From a virus (Duplodnaviria; Caudoviricetes): a DNA stretch of 40,289 nt. This document shows positions 1-9,301 of this stretch, in pieces; within the stretch, counting starts at the first letter, position 1; the number at the start of each line of letters is the position of its first letter. The notes under the pieces are model-generated. The model saw only the letters and a program-made list of their open reading frames with translations. It did no database searches and was not told where the DNA came from. Position numbers and translations under genes: made by a program. The stretch is taken from positions 1 to 40,289 of the IMG/VR virus record IMGVR_UViG_3300040735_000022; one strand, given 5' to 3'.

Positions 1-100
1 TGGAAAATATGTGAAGCAAGGTTTTGTTACAGTTTGATTGCAGTTTGTCTGACAAATTTACTTAACTGCAATTGTGTATATATCTTCCGGCTTAAAATCA

Positions 101-114
101 GTGCCCCAGGAGGG
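101..114 (+). repeat. att core, left copy (GTGCCCCAGGAGGG)
   Basis: Exact match to 40235..40248; flanking bases differ on both sides. Confidence 0.93.
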
Positions 115-177
115 GCGCTGCCCATACGCATAAAATCCACTCCGTCGAACTCACAGCCCCGCTCAAATCAAATCACG

Positions 178-2319
178 CTACTTGATCGGGTACGAGAAGC
201 TCAGATAAACATACTTTCCGCCGCTGGCAGTCCACGCTCCGTTATTACTGTTCGTATACAGGTTCATCACGGTAGAGTTTGTCGGCAGCTCGATCATCCC
301 CGGGGTTGATTGCACATTTCCCCCATTCACCAGCTTCGCGATCGTGCCATACGTGTAAACCGTCGAACCTCGCGACTTGACTGGGACAGTCATCGTGAAC
401 GCCGCCGAGTTGCTGGTCCCGGATGCTGCCGGGAAAACCACAAGGTGGCACATCCCCCCCGAGATCGTGAACGTCGCGTTGAAAGTGGGGGCGCTGCTGA
501 ACCCGGTGCAAACAGGCGTCCATGCAAAAACCTCCGGAAACCCCATCGCCCGCCCGTGGCTGTAAAACGCATCGGAGATCGTCGCGTTCGCCACCGTGTA
601 ATCGCTTCCGCCGTTGAGCGTGATCGTTGTTTTCCCGGTTCCGGACGAGTAGGAAACACCGGTGATGTAGTAGTACCGCACCGTTGAAGACTGTGTGTGT
701 TTCCAACAGTCCCCGACCTGGTACATCCCGCTGTAATCTCCGGTCGCCTGGATCGTGGTTGCGTTGACGTAGGCCCAGGTTCCCGAAACAGGCGCCCAAC
801 CATCGGGCAAAGGTAAATATCGGCCATCAAGGGATATTTTCTGTTTAGGCGCGCCAGATCCCGCAGCCAGTGCGAGACCGCCAACACCAAAGGTCGCCGT
901 GGCGAAGATGGCATTAATCTCACCGTTAGAGGTCGCCCATGATTTTAATTCAACCTCCCCACTACCGAAATCGGTTTCTCCCATATCCCACGGAAACCTG
1001 GCTTCGATCCTGAGTCTGTTTACCTGGGCAGCGTTGATCGTATAAGCGAAAATGGTAGAAGTTTCAAAACCTCCATAATCAATTTTCCATTTTATTGCAA
1101 AAGGCCCATTTCCATAGCTATCGATGCTGGCGCATTGTATGAGTGAAATCCCATCCCCATCAATACCTACTTTTCCTGCACCGCCTCTCAGCCAGAACCC
1201 ATTGGTCGGATCATATCGCAAGTAATTCCCATTCGAATAATCCCCGATCCCAATCCCGAATAACGCTGACGTGATCCCAAACGACCCATTCAGATCACCA
1301 AGCCGCACCATCTCATCTGCCAGGTTATACGCCGCACCCTGTAGCAGGATCTGCATCCGCGGCGTTTCCACCGCATTCAGCACAATCCGCCCATCCCCCT
1401 CCTGGCCCATCACTGCGTATACTCCGCCCGCTGGCCAGGCATTCGCCCCGCTCCCATCCAGGTTCCTGGTCACGTTATACACCGTCCCGCTCGCCAGCGT
1501 ACCGATCTCCACATACTCCACCTGCCCGGCCGCCCGCAAACAGACGATATCCCCGGCCGTCATTGCCTGCCCGAAGTCGATCGTCGTGTCGCTCGCCTCC
1601 ACATCCGCCGCCAGCGTACCTTCTCCCTTGCCGATCATCAAATAACCGCCGATTAGCGTCTGCGCGTTCTGCGCAAACACTAACGCATCCAACTCACTCA
1701 ACCATCCCTTCCGCCACAGCTTTTCTGCGCTGCCCAGGTCCCGCGCATCGGTTGCATCCGGCACCAGGTTGCCAGCCACAGCGCGCGCCCCGTCCGCCAG
1801 CAGGTACTGCGGATGGTCATCATCCCCCAGGCCCGTCAGGTTGGCGTGATCGTCATGCGCCACTACCGTCCCCAGCGGGTGCCGGTCCTGCGTGTCGTGC
1901 CGCCCCGTGGTCAGGTACTGCGCATGGTCGTCATCGCCCAACCCGGTCAAGGCCGATCCATGATCCAACTGCCCGCCACCGGCCGCGGCCTGATGGTTGT
2001 GCTCTCCCACACCGCCAGCATGCCCGGCCGCCGCTGTCGCGGCCGCATGCTCATCCGTCGCGTTTTTATGCGCGCTCACATCCACCCCGTCGATCGTCAC
2101 TCCGTCCGCCACGGCCTGGTTGCCTGTCAGTATCCGGCTGCCATCCGTTTTCGAAAATTGCGGCGCCTGGCTATCGCCGATGCCGCCCGTGTGGTAGCTG
2201 CTGTTCAGGTCATGCGGGTTCGAAGCATACCCTCCGCTGCCTGGCGTACCGCCCATCTCCTGGATCCACCCCCGTACGTATACCTCGATTGCCTTTAGGA
2301 TCTCCTGCACGTTGATCAT
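178..2319 (-). CDS. Tail fibre / receptor-binding protein
   Basis: 713 aa, last gene of the tail module; Gly/Ser/Thr-rich beta-type C-terminus; His-rich N-terminal repeats (GLGDDDHxQYL twice). Confidence 0.8.
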   Translation of the reverse strand: MINVQEILKAIEVYVRGWIQEMGGTPGSGGYASNPHDLNSSYHTGGIGDSQAPQFSKTDGSRILTGNQAVADGVTIDGVDVSAHKNATDEHAAATAAAGHAGGVGEHNHQAAAGGGQLDHGSALTGLGDDDHAQYLTTGRHDTQDRHPLGTVVAHDDHANLTGLGDDDHPQYLLADGARAVAGNLVPDATDARDLGSAEKLWRKGWLSELDALVFAQNAQTLIGGYLMIGKGEGTLAADVEASDTTIDFGQAMTAGDIVCLRAAGQVEYVEIGTLASGTVYNVTRNLDGSGANAWPAGGVYAVMGQEGDGRIVLNAVETPRMQILLQGAAYNLADEMVRLGDLNGSFGITSALFGIGIGDYSNGNYLRYDPTNGFWLRGGAGKVGIDGDGISLIQCASIDSYGNGPFAIKWKIDYGGFETSTIFAYTINAAQVNRLRIEARFPWDMGETDFGSGEVELKSWATSNGEINAIFATATFGVGGLALAAGSGAPKQKISLDGRYLPLPDGWAPVSGTWAYVNATTIQATGDYSGMYQVGDCWKHTQSSTVRYYYITGVSYSSGTGKTTITLNGGSDYTVANATISDAFYSHGRAMGFPEVFAWTPVCTGFSSAPTFNATFTISGGMCHLVVFPAASGTSNSAAFTMTVPVKSRGSTVYTYGTIAKLVNGGNVQSTPGMIELPTNSTVMNLYTNSNNGAWTASGGKYVYLSFSYPIK

Positions 2320-2321
2320 GC

Positions 2322-3959
2322 CTACCTCCTCAATGCCAGTATGTCATCGATGCTCGGCTGTCCGCGATAGCTCAAACGCAGTCCGCCCGTCCGGTTCCAC
2401 GCTGCCCCCTCCACAAACTGCAGCTCCGGGTTGATCAACCGGCTGACGTCCACCGTTTTCGGGATCACCCCCTGCAGCCGTATCCACTTACCAACCGGTG
2501 GCATATACTCGTCCACCGGTTGGTCCATCAACGTCCGCAGCTCGCCGTTGACATCCATCAGCGCTGCAACAACCGAATTGGCCGGTTCTTCGCTCAACCA
2601 CACCTGGCGATCGCGTTTCACGTCTGCCAGCATCCGCCTGCTGTTGGGTCCGCCGACCGATAACAGATCATCGATCTCGATATCCGCCGTCGTGTCTCCT
2701 CGCAGGTAGCTGGCCAGGCTTACCCCGCTTGCATCAACAATCCTTGTGCCGGTCAAAAAATGGCCCGCCTGCCGCACCAGGTCAGCGATCTGAGTGGTTG
2801 TTTCCACCTGGTTGGTCACTCCGACCCGGAAGGGCATATCCGCGTCCGGAGATCTCGCCACCCAACCGCTCCCATCGTAGACCCGGAATAACCCGCCGCC
2901 ATACCCAAGCGCCTCATTGACTGTCACCTGGAAATAGTTGCTTGCATCCAGGCTGCCGACCCGTTCCAGCACCAGCGTATAGGTCTTGCCCATTTCCATG
3001 GCAACCTCTGTTGAGAGTGTCCCGGTCACCCAGTCGGCCGTTGCGCCTATGTTTTGTGGTGCGATCAACGCCGATCCCAGCGAGCTGTCCGGCAGGCCGA
3101 TCTTATTCGCGTCGTCATCCTCCTCGATTGTTGAGAAGATGCTGATTTTTAGGCTGTCCGTTGGGCTGCCGATCTTTCGCACGTGGGCCTGCACCGTCAC
3201 CGCGTTCACGGTTTGCGCGAGGATGGCCACCTGCTGCATCACTTTTTGTGTGTTCTCAGCGGCGCCCACCGCCTGGGCTGCCGCGCTGGTCGTTTCGTAG
3301 CTCACCGCTGTGATCGTCGGCACCGACACATACTTCCACCCCAGCGTACTCCACCAGCCCCGTAACGTGAGTGTGGCGCTGCGGCTTTGCTTTGCCCCGC
3401 TATATCTCGCCCGTCCCCTCGGGGTCATCGCGCCGCTGGTTTGTGTTGGCGGTGCGCCTGGCCATCGCTGCGCTGCCAGGATCGCGTCCCGCCTTGCCTC
3501 GGCTGCCTCCGGCGTCATCCCACCGCATGAGGACAGGAATTCCTTCGTTCCATAGGTTGCCACGCTCAGGTCATCCTGCACCCACGCTGTCGTTGCCCGG
3601 CTCCCGACCACATTTGTGCCTGGTGCCACATAACTGTATGCCACCGCCACGCGGTTGACCATCGAATCCAGCGATGCCCCGACCTCAATCGCACCCACCC
3701 GCACCGCTGCAGCATGTACGTATCCCCACCACACCGGCACACCTGTTTTCGGGTGACAGATCTCCACCGGCCTCCGCAGCCATTCCAGCAGTTCCCACAG
3801 GGCGCTCTCGCTGCCGCCGGTCGCCGTAATCGATCCGCCTTTCGGTCCGCCTGCGGTGGACCACTCCAGGCTGTTCACCCGCAGGTCGATGGCTGGTCGT
3901 GCGATATCGCCCCCAAAAGACCTGGTCTTGAATTGCACCTCGAGTTCTCTCGCGCTCAT
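2322..3959 (-). CDS. Tail tip / baseplate hub-like minor tail protein
   Basis: 545 aa between the distal tail protein and tail fibre; central beta-rich insert; position-based call. Confidence 0.65.
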   Translation of the reverse strand: MSARELEVQFKTRSFGGDIARPAIDLRVNSLEWSTAGGPKGGSITATGGSESALWELLEWLRRPVEICHPKTGVPVWWGYVHAAAVRVGAIEVGASLDSMVNRVAVAYSYVAPGTNVVGSRATTAWVQDDLSVATYGTKEFLSSCGGMTPEAAEARRDAILAAQRWPGAPPTQTSGAMTPRGRARYSGAKQSRSATLTLRGWWSTLGWKYVSVPTITAVSYETTSAAAQAVGAAENTQKVMQQVAILAQTVNAVTVQAHVRKIGSPTDSLKISIFSTIEEDDDANKIGLPDSSLGSALIAPQNIGATADWVTGTLSTEVAMEMGKTYTLVLERVGSLDASNYFQVTVNEALGYGGGLFRVYDGSGWVARSPDADMPFRVGVTNQVETTTQIADLVRQAGHFLTGTRIVDASGVSLASYLRGDTTADIEIDDLLSVGGPNSRRMLADVKRDRQVWLSEEPANSVVAALMDVNGELRTLMDQPVDEYMPPVGKWIRLQGVIPKTVDVSRLINPELQFVEGAAWNRTGGLRLSYRGQPSIDDILALRR

Positions 3960-5305
3960 AACCGCAGCCTCCGCGGCCGGTATTTCACCACCACGCTCAA
4001 CGACCGGCTGATCGGTCCATCCAGGATCGTATTGCCGTGCATCAAAAAGAATAGTCGCTGTGCCGCCAGCGGTTTCAACCAGATCCCTGGTCCCCTGGGT
4101 GTAAACTCCCCGCTTCGCAGCCCGCCGCTGCCGTCATCGGCATACACTCCGTCGATCGGGTCATCGATCAACCGCCGTCCATACTCCACGCCCATCCCGA
4201 TCAAAGCGATTTCCCGGTACGAATCCAGCGCCATCAGCATAAGGTAATCCGGATAAACCGTCAGGGACCCCGTTGATGCGCGTTGTCCTGTCAGCACCAA
4301 CTTCATGCCCCTCACGCCCGTCTGCCCGGGCAACCACGGCGGCAACTGCACAACGTCAATCGGGTTGATCGTACGCACCGAATTCTCCACCAGCGCCTGC
4401 CCTCCCGACCAGACCGTGACCGTATCATCCAGCAGTTTCAGCCGGTAAAGCATCCCCGTATCTATGCCCAAACTCCGCCGCATAAAAATTTTGAAGAACC
4501 GCCCCCGTGCTGCATTCAGTAAATTCGTGCTCAGGGTCCAGGTCAGCATCGTTTGTTCGCTGCCATCTGCCACGACCACCGATTTATACTGTCCGCCGCT
4601 CGATCCAGCATGATCCACCGCCGTCCCACCGCTGGCTGCCTCTGCCTCCAGCACGTGTGCCAGGTTGGTCGGGTCGCTGCGCCAGTTATGCCCCACCCAC
4701 ACAATCCCCAGGTCTGCAGAGCTGTCATAGCTGTTTGTCAGCTCCAATCTGGCCGGGGCAGGGATCGTGCCCTGGATTACGTTCGCAGCGATGCCAACCC
4801 AGTTATGACGGATCGCCGGTGATGCCCCCGCGCCATCCGAACAGTTAAAAACAGGCAGGCCCGTGGTCACGTCCGTTCCATTCCCGTTTGAGATGGGCAC
4901 GCTCGTTTCTGCATAGGCTTCCAGCCAGTTGTTCCGCGTCACCTGCACGCCAATCAGCAACTGACCGGCCTTGAGCATCCGCATCGATGTGCTGCGGCTG
5001 ACCATCCCACTCAGGATCTCGCTGCGCCACCAGTCATCGGTGTCCAGCAGGTCAATTTCCAGCCAGATTCGATCGTCGCTGTCGCCTGTCTGGTAGGCTT
5101 TTGCCTCCTCCAGCCAGCTCTCGATTGTGCGCACATTCGCCACCACTGACGCCGCCGCCCCTTCCAGCACCACATCGATTGTCTCGGTCACCTTCTCGGT
5201 GTCCCCATCTGCTGCGGTATCGTGATATGTACATCCCAAAATCGTCGAGCCGTCGCCACCACTTAAATAGATTGTCTCGCTCGCCCGCCGTAATCGCATC
5301 CGCAT
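3956..5305 (-). CDS. Distal tail (Dit-like) protein, possibly with carbohydrate-binding insert
   Basis: 449 aa directly after the tape measure gene; LEAEAASGG...SSGG motif typical of the start of CBM-like domains; ends in YRPRRL as Dit-like proteins often do. Confidence 0.6.
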   Translation of the reverse strand: MRMRLRRASETIYLSGGDGSTILGCTYHDTAADGDTEKVTETIDVVLEGAAASVVANVRTIESWLEEAKAYQTGDSDDRIWLEIDLLDTDDWWRSEILSGMVSRSTSMRMLKAGQLLIGVQVTRNNWLEAYAETSVPISNGNGTDVTTGLPVFNCSDGAGASPAIRHNWVGIAANVIQGTIPAPARLELTNSYDSSADLGIVWVGHNWRSDPTNLAHVLEAEAASGGTAVDHAGSSGGQYKSVVVADGSEQTMLTWTLSTNLLNAARGRFFKIFMRRSLGIDTGMLYRLKLLDDTVTVWSGGQALVENSVRTINPIDVVQLPPWLPGQTGVRGMKLVLTGQRASTGSLTVYPDYLMLMALDSYREIALIGMGVEYGRRLIDDPIDGVYADDGSGGLRSGEFTPRGPGIWLKPLAAQRLFFLMHGNTILDGPISRSLSVVVKYRPRRLRL

Positions 5306-5311
5306 CTTTTT

Positions 5312-7303
5312 TTACCCTCCGAGTCTCTCCAGCACCAGCTCAGACGTGCGCCAGGCCCACGCTTCCGCGCCGTCATCGCTCAACCCATCGCCCTGCACCA
5401 TGATCTGGATCGGTGTCCATCCGCTCGCGGCCATCGCGCCGAATGCCTCCGCCAGCCCGTTCTCGCTTCCCTGCTGTGATCCCAGCAGGCTCCTGATCTG
5501 GTCATTTGGGATGATCGTCGAATTGGAATTTGGCACCAGCAGCTCCACGCCTTCTTCGCCGACCCAAATCGGCTCGTCAGCCCTTGTGCTTCCGCCGCTT
5601 GCGAAACCGCGCACGGTTGTGTTGCCGTTTTGCGATCCCTGCCACATGCCGGGCTGGTACGTTTCCTGGAAGTGCGTGGTCAGGTAAATATCCTTGTCGC
5701 CCAGGCTTGCAATCAGCTCTGCCAGCTCTTCCACTGAGATCACGCCTTCCTGCGCCTGTCCAACATAGTCCTGGATCTTCCGGTATGCGCCTGCCGTCTC
5801 CTCATCCACCAGGCCCCATTGTTCCGCCACCACCGCCAGCGTGTTACCCTCTTCGGTGGTAAGGCCGTCCATCGCCAGTTGCTGTTGCAGCAGGTCGAAC
5901 AAGATCTGCTTCGTTGCTCGGTCATGCTCTTCCGCATTTTCCTTGATCTGCTTCTGGATCTCTTCCAGCTTGGTCTTGTTTTCCTCAAGCTGTTCCTTCT
6001 GGGACGACGTCAGCCACTGTTTTCCTTCCAGCTCTCCGATCTCGTCTTTCAGGGCTTCAGCTTCTTTTTCCAGCTCGCCTTCTGTCCGGTAAAAGTTCCG
6101 CATCTCCTCGCTCAGCTCGCCGGACATAAACAGCTCCAGCTCTTCCATGCTGCCTGTCAGCTTTGGCACTGCCGCCGCGAAGCTCCCCACGGACTCGCTG
6201 GATTTATCCACCTCTCCGCGCAGTTTTTCCTGCATATCAACGTAATCGCCGTTGATCTGGGTCCCGTAAAACGTGACTTCATTGATGTAGTCAACCTCAA
6301 TGCCATACTCTTTTAGTATGTTTGTCAGGACATTCAAGCTGCGACTTTCCTCAACGATCTGCCGGATTTCATTCTCCCGTCCCGAAAGTTTCCCGGTTGC
6401 CTCTGCTGCCCGCAGCATCTCATCAGCATACTCATCCCACGATTTTGCATCTTTTCGCACATCTTTTTCGTGAGTGTTCAGCACATCGCTAAGGTCATCA
6501 CCCCAGTTCAACAGGGTATAAAGTGTTCCTGCGGCATCCTGTAATGGGGGCAGGAATTTTGTTTTGACTTTATTGGCCTGGTCTTCAATCGCAGCCGTCA
6601 GTCGGTCAAAATTATCCGTTGCAGCTTCCGTCGTTCCGCCCACCTGTTCGATGATCTTTTGCCCGCCTTCCAACGTGGCATTTAAGATCGCCATTTTCTG
6701 TTCGTCGCTGGTCAGTTCGTCGGCATTTTTCCCCAGCTTCGCCGCCAGGCTTTCATACGCCTCGCCCAGCTTAAGCGTGATGCCCGTGTTATCGATGACC
6801 ATTGGGCTGCCCCGTTTGATGCCTGTCATCAGGCTCTGGTATAGGAATTCCGTGCTCCCCAGGTCTGGGTTGAGCTTGGAGGCTGCCTTTGCAACCTCCA
6901 GGATGTCCACCGCACTGTTTGCCAGCGCGCTTCCAAGCTCTTCCGACGTTCCAGCCAGCAGCGTTGTGGTGGCGCTTTGTAGCTTTAGCTCGCTGATCGT
7001 GCCGCGGCTTGCCGCCTGCAGTTGTTCCATCAGGTCCACCGGCCCGTTGATGCTGTCCATCAGCGTGTCAAACGATTCCGCCGTTTGCACCACCACCGCG
7101 CCCTCGCGGCCGAAGTCAAAAGCCTTCTTCAAAATGGCGACCTCGCCGGTGATCACTCCGGTCGCCTTGATGATTCCCTTGCTCGCAGCCGAGAAACTTT
7201 TCTCGAAGTCACTGACCTCTTTTTTCGCCTGGCTGGTGCCGCTTTTCACCCCGCTGGCATCGATAATGATCTGTCCGTACGCGCTGCCCAATTGGATGGC
7301 CAT
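5312..7303 (-). CDS. Tail tape measure protein
   Basis: 663 aa, helical/coiled-coil; N-terminal LGSAYGQIIID and C-terminal FASGG...WVGEEGVEL motifs; follows the tail chaperone genes. Confidence 0.9.
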   Translation of the reverse strand: MAIQLGSAYGQIIIDASGVKSGTSQAKKEVSDFEKSFSAASKGIIKATGVITGEVAILKKAFDFGREGAVVVQTAESFDTLMDSINGPVDLMEQLQAASRGTISELKLQSATTTLLAGTSEELGSALANSAVDILEVAKAASKLNPDLGSTEFLYQSLMTGIKRGSPMVIDNTGITLKLGEAYESLAAKLGKNADELTSDEQKMAILNATLEGGQKIIEQVGGTTEAATDNFDRLTAAIEDQANKVKTKFLPPLQDAAGTLYTLLNWGDDLSDVLNTHEKDVRKDAKSWDEYADEMLRAAEATGKLSGRENEIRQIVEESRSLNVLTNILKEYGIEVDYINEVTFYGTQINGDYVDMQEKLRGEVDKSSESVGSFAAAVPKLTGSMEELELFMSGELSEEMRNFYRTEGELEKEAEALKDEIGELEGKQWLTSSQKEQLEENKTKLEEIQKQIKENAEEHDRATKQILFDLLQQQLAMDGLTTEEGNTLAVVAEQWGLVDEETAGAYRKIQDYVGQAQEGVISVEELAELIASLGDKDIYLTTHFQETYQPGMWQGSQNGNTTVRGFASGGSTRADEPIWVGEEGVELLVPNSNSTIIPNDQIRSLLGSQQGSENGLAEAFGAMAASGWTPIQIMVQGDGLSDDGAEAWAWRTSELVLERLGG

Positions 7304-7306
7304 TGT

Positions 7307-7558
7307 TTACCACACTCCATTCTCCGGGATTTTCATCTTCCGGCTTGCCGTTGGCTTCCGCCACCCGCCTGGTGGCCGCTGGAATCCATTCTGCTTTCCG
7401 GAACCAGGCTTGTCTTCCTGAGATCCGGCGATTGCCGCCGCCAGGTCAAGTTGATAAGCCAGCCAGTCTGAGTCAATCCCCAGAATCGCGCTCGGTCTCG
7501 TCCCGTACCGCCGCGCCATCCTGTCCATCTCCACCAGTCTTGTCCGGTTGCGCACGAA
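7307..7558 (-). CDS. Tail assembly chaperone, C-terminal (gpT-like) frame
   Basis: Open frame overlapping the end of the gpG-like gene in the +1 frame and ending just before the tape measure gene; MARRYGTRPSAILG motif. Confidence 0.65.
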   Translation of the reverse strand, partial: FVRNRTRLVEMDRMARRYGTRPSAILGIDSDWLAYQLDLAAAIAGSQEDKPGSGKQNGFQRPPGGWRKPTASRKMKIPENGVW

Positions 7559-7910
7559 AGGGCACCAGGGCTTGCACCTCCCGCGTCGCCCACACATAGA
7601 CCTGGATTTTATCCATCGCGCTCAGCTCGTTAAGTGTGATATGCGACTCATCCGCATCCTCTGCGATGGCCGGTTCAACCATCGCCGCCTTCACCACCAG
7701 ATCCGCCACCTTTCCAAACTCGGGCAGCGTTTGAACGGTCAGGCGCTTATCTTTATTCATCAGTTCATCCATCGCCCCGGTCAGCGGTGCCGGAACATCC
7801 CCCTGCATGGCCAGGTCATACAGCGTCACAGGTTTCAGTTTCACCGTCAATCCGCTCGGCAAGATGTAAAGCTCGCCTGATCGCTTCTCTCTCCACGTGT
7901 TTATGTCCAT
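7473..7910 (-). CDS. Tail assembly chaperone (gpG-like)
   Basis: Start reassigned to ATG 7910 (MDINTWREK) with GGAG SD; lies between the major tail and tape measure genes. Confidence 0.8.
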   Translation of the reverse strand: MDINTWREKRSGELYILPSGLTVKLKPVTLYDLAMQGDVPAPLTGAMDELMNKDKRLTVQTLPEFGKVADLVVKAAMVEPAIAEDADESHITLNELSAMDKIQVYVWATREVQALVPFRAQPDKTGGDGQDGAAVRDETERDSGD

Positions 7911-7939
7911 ATCAACTCCAATTTTCTGAGGGTCTCCAT

Positions 7940-7982
7940 CCTCCCCCAGCTTTTGCGAAGCTGGGGGAGGTCGGTATAGGGT
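7940..7982 (-). repeat. Palindromic REP-like element (diverged copy)
   Basis: Perfect 13-bp stem CCTCCCCCAGCTT/AAGCTGGGGGAGG preceded on the minus strand by ACCCTATACCGA; directly after the major tail stop codon. Confidence 0.65.
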
Positions 7983-7983
7983 C

Positions 7984-8487
7984 TTAGCTCGTCGGTAGGG
8001 CCGTAGCGGTCTCGTTCTCCACAATGTCGATGATGCCGTTTACATCATCATGGACCGCAATCCCGCTGCACTTGGTGATGTAGTATTCGCCGTTTTTCAG
8101 GCTGCCTTCCAGGCTCGTTATCTTGGCCTTGAAGAGCTTCACGTGCAGATCATCGATTCCATCTCCCAGCGCCTTGCCGTAGATCTTGACATACGGCATG
8201 TTATCTCCACCGGCGACTGAGAAGGTGGTCACGCGGTTTGGCGTAACGCCGGTGGTATCGAGGGTCTCCCCGGTCAAGGCCGCCAGCGCCTCCAGCGAAA
8301 TGCCGCCGTTCTCAAGGCTCCATTCCACCGCTTCCACCTGCGTGTTGACGGACTTAATCACATCGTTCCCGCGCAGTGTGGCCGATACCATCTGCAGGTT
8401 GAATCCCAGTTCACGGCCTGCTGGCAGCGAAACCGCCGATCCGCTTGTTGGCACAATCACGATTTCTCTTATGCCCATTGGGTACAT
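7984..8487 (-). CDS. Major tail (tube) protein
   Basis: 167 aa beta-rich protein directly upstream of the tail chaperones. Confidence 0.75.
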   Translation of the reverse strand: MYPMGIREIVIVPTSGSAVSLPAGRELGFNLQMVSATLRGNDVIKSVNTQVEAVEWSLENGGISLEALAALTGETLDTTGVTPNRVTTFSVAGGDNMPYVKIYGKALGDGIDDLHVKLFKAKITSLEGSLKNGEYYITKCSGIAVHDDVNGIIDIVENETATALPTS

Positions 8488-8488
8488 C

Positions 8489-8827
8489 TCACTCCTCCGT
8501 TTGCTTCAAAATCCCTGCCGCCTGGCGCTTCCACGCCGCGATCTTTGGCAGGGTTGCTGATAGGTTTTTGACCTGGTCGGCGTCCAGTGCCGCCAGCTCA
8601 TCCACGTTGCCAACCCCGGCCATCGCCAGATCGAGCAACGCATCATCCGTTATGCCGTGCAATCTCTTCAGTGGCTCATCCTGTGCCGCCTCGAATCGCT
8701 CCCCCGATTGGCACAGTGCCTCGGCCGCCAACAGCGCCGGCGCATCCACTGTCCAGTCGTTTTCGCGGCTCCATCTTAGGTCGCCGATCACCCGCACGCC
8801 AGCCGGGCCTCCGTAATGCAGTCTCAT
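8489..8827 (-). CDS. Hypothetical protein with C-terminal helix-hairpin-helix-like region
   Basis: 112 aa, GGAGG SD; LKRLHGI...LAMAGVGNVDELAA resembles HhH motifs. Confidence 0.6.
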   Translation of the reverse strand: MRLHYGGPAGVRVIGDLRWSRENDWTVDAPALLAAEALCQSGERFEAAQDEPLKRLHGITDDALLDLAMAGVGNVDELAALDADQVKNLSATLPKIAAWKRQAAGILKQTEE

Positions 8828-8830
8828 CGA

Positions 8831-9247
8831 TTACCTCCTCCTGGTCACCACAAACCGGCTCATCGCCAGATTGCAATTCAGCGCCTGGTCCTGCAGGTTT
8901 GGCGCATCATCCGCCCAGCGGATCTCCCACACCCCGCTCATGCCCAGCTTTTGTAGCTGCAAAAGTTCGAACATCCGTTCGCGTGCCGCGTCAATCGATC
9001 CATACCCCCGCCGCTGATAGAGATAGATCACCAGGTACAGCCTGGCGCTGTCATCCAGCGGTCCGTGTGCCGCTTGCGACTCCTCCTTCACCAGCGCGCA
9101 CGGCAGAATCTCGCCGTTCCCGTCGAACGCTCCCGGCGTGCCTTCTCGCGAGATCTCGCTTTCCCCCGTCCATATCCCGCCTGTCAGCAGGCCAGCCAGT
9201 GTCTCGTCTGCTTCCAGGGCCGCCTTGATCGTTTCTCGAATGCTCAA
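8831..9247 (-). CDS. Tail terminator / tail completion protein
   Basis: 138 aa, TTG start with AGGAGG SD; IRETIKAALEADETLAGLL N-terminus typical of the family; upstream of the tail tube gene. Confidence 0.7.
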   Translation of the reverse strand: MSIRETIKAALEADETLAGLLTGGIWTGESEISREGTPGAFDGNGEILPCALVKEESQAAHGPLDDSARLYLVIYLYQRRGYGSIDAARERMFELLQLQKLGMSGVWEIRWADDAPNLQDQALNCNLAMSRFVVTRRR

Positions 9248-9264
9248 TTTATCCTCCTTATTTC

Positions 9265-9300
9265 CCCGCTCCCATCAATGGGAGCGGGCAGGGTGAGGGT
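9265..9300 (-). repeat. Palindromic REP-like element
   Basis: Minus strand ACCCTCACCCTG followed by the CCCGCTCCCAT/ATGGGAGCGGG inverted repeat; immediately after the stop at 9302. Confidence 0.85.
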
Positions 9301-9301
9301 C

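Noticed and set aside
34-309. 91-aa plus-strand ORF spanning the left att site
   Set aside because: TTG start without SD, overlaps the tail fibre gene antisense, and is not in the frame that completes the integrase on excision.
178-700. Possible diversity-generating retroelement target in the tail fibre C-terminus
   Set aside because: No reverse transcriptase gene and no template repeat seen in the window.
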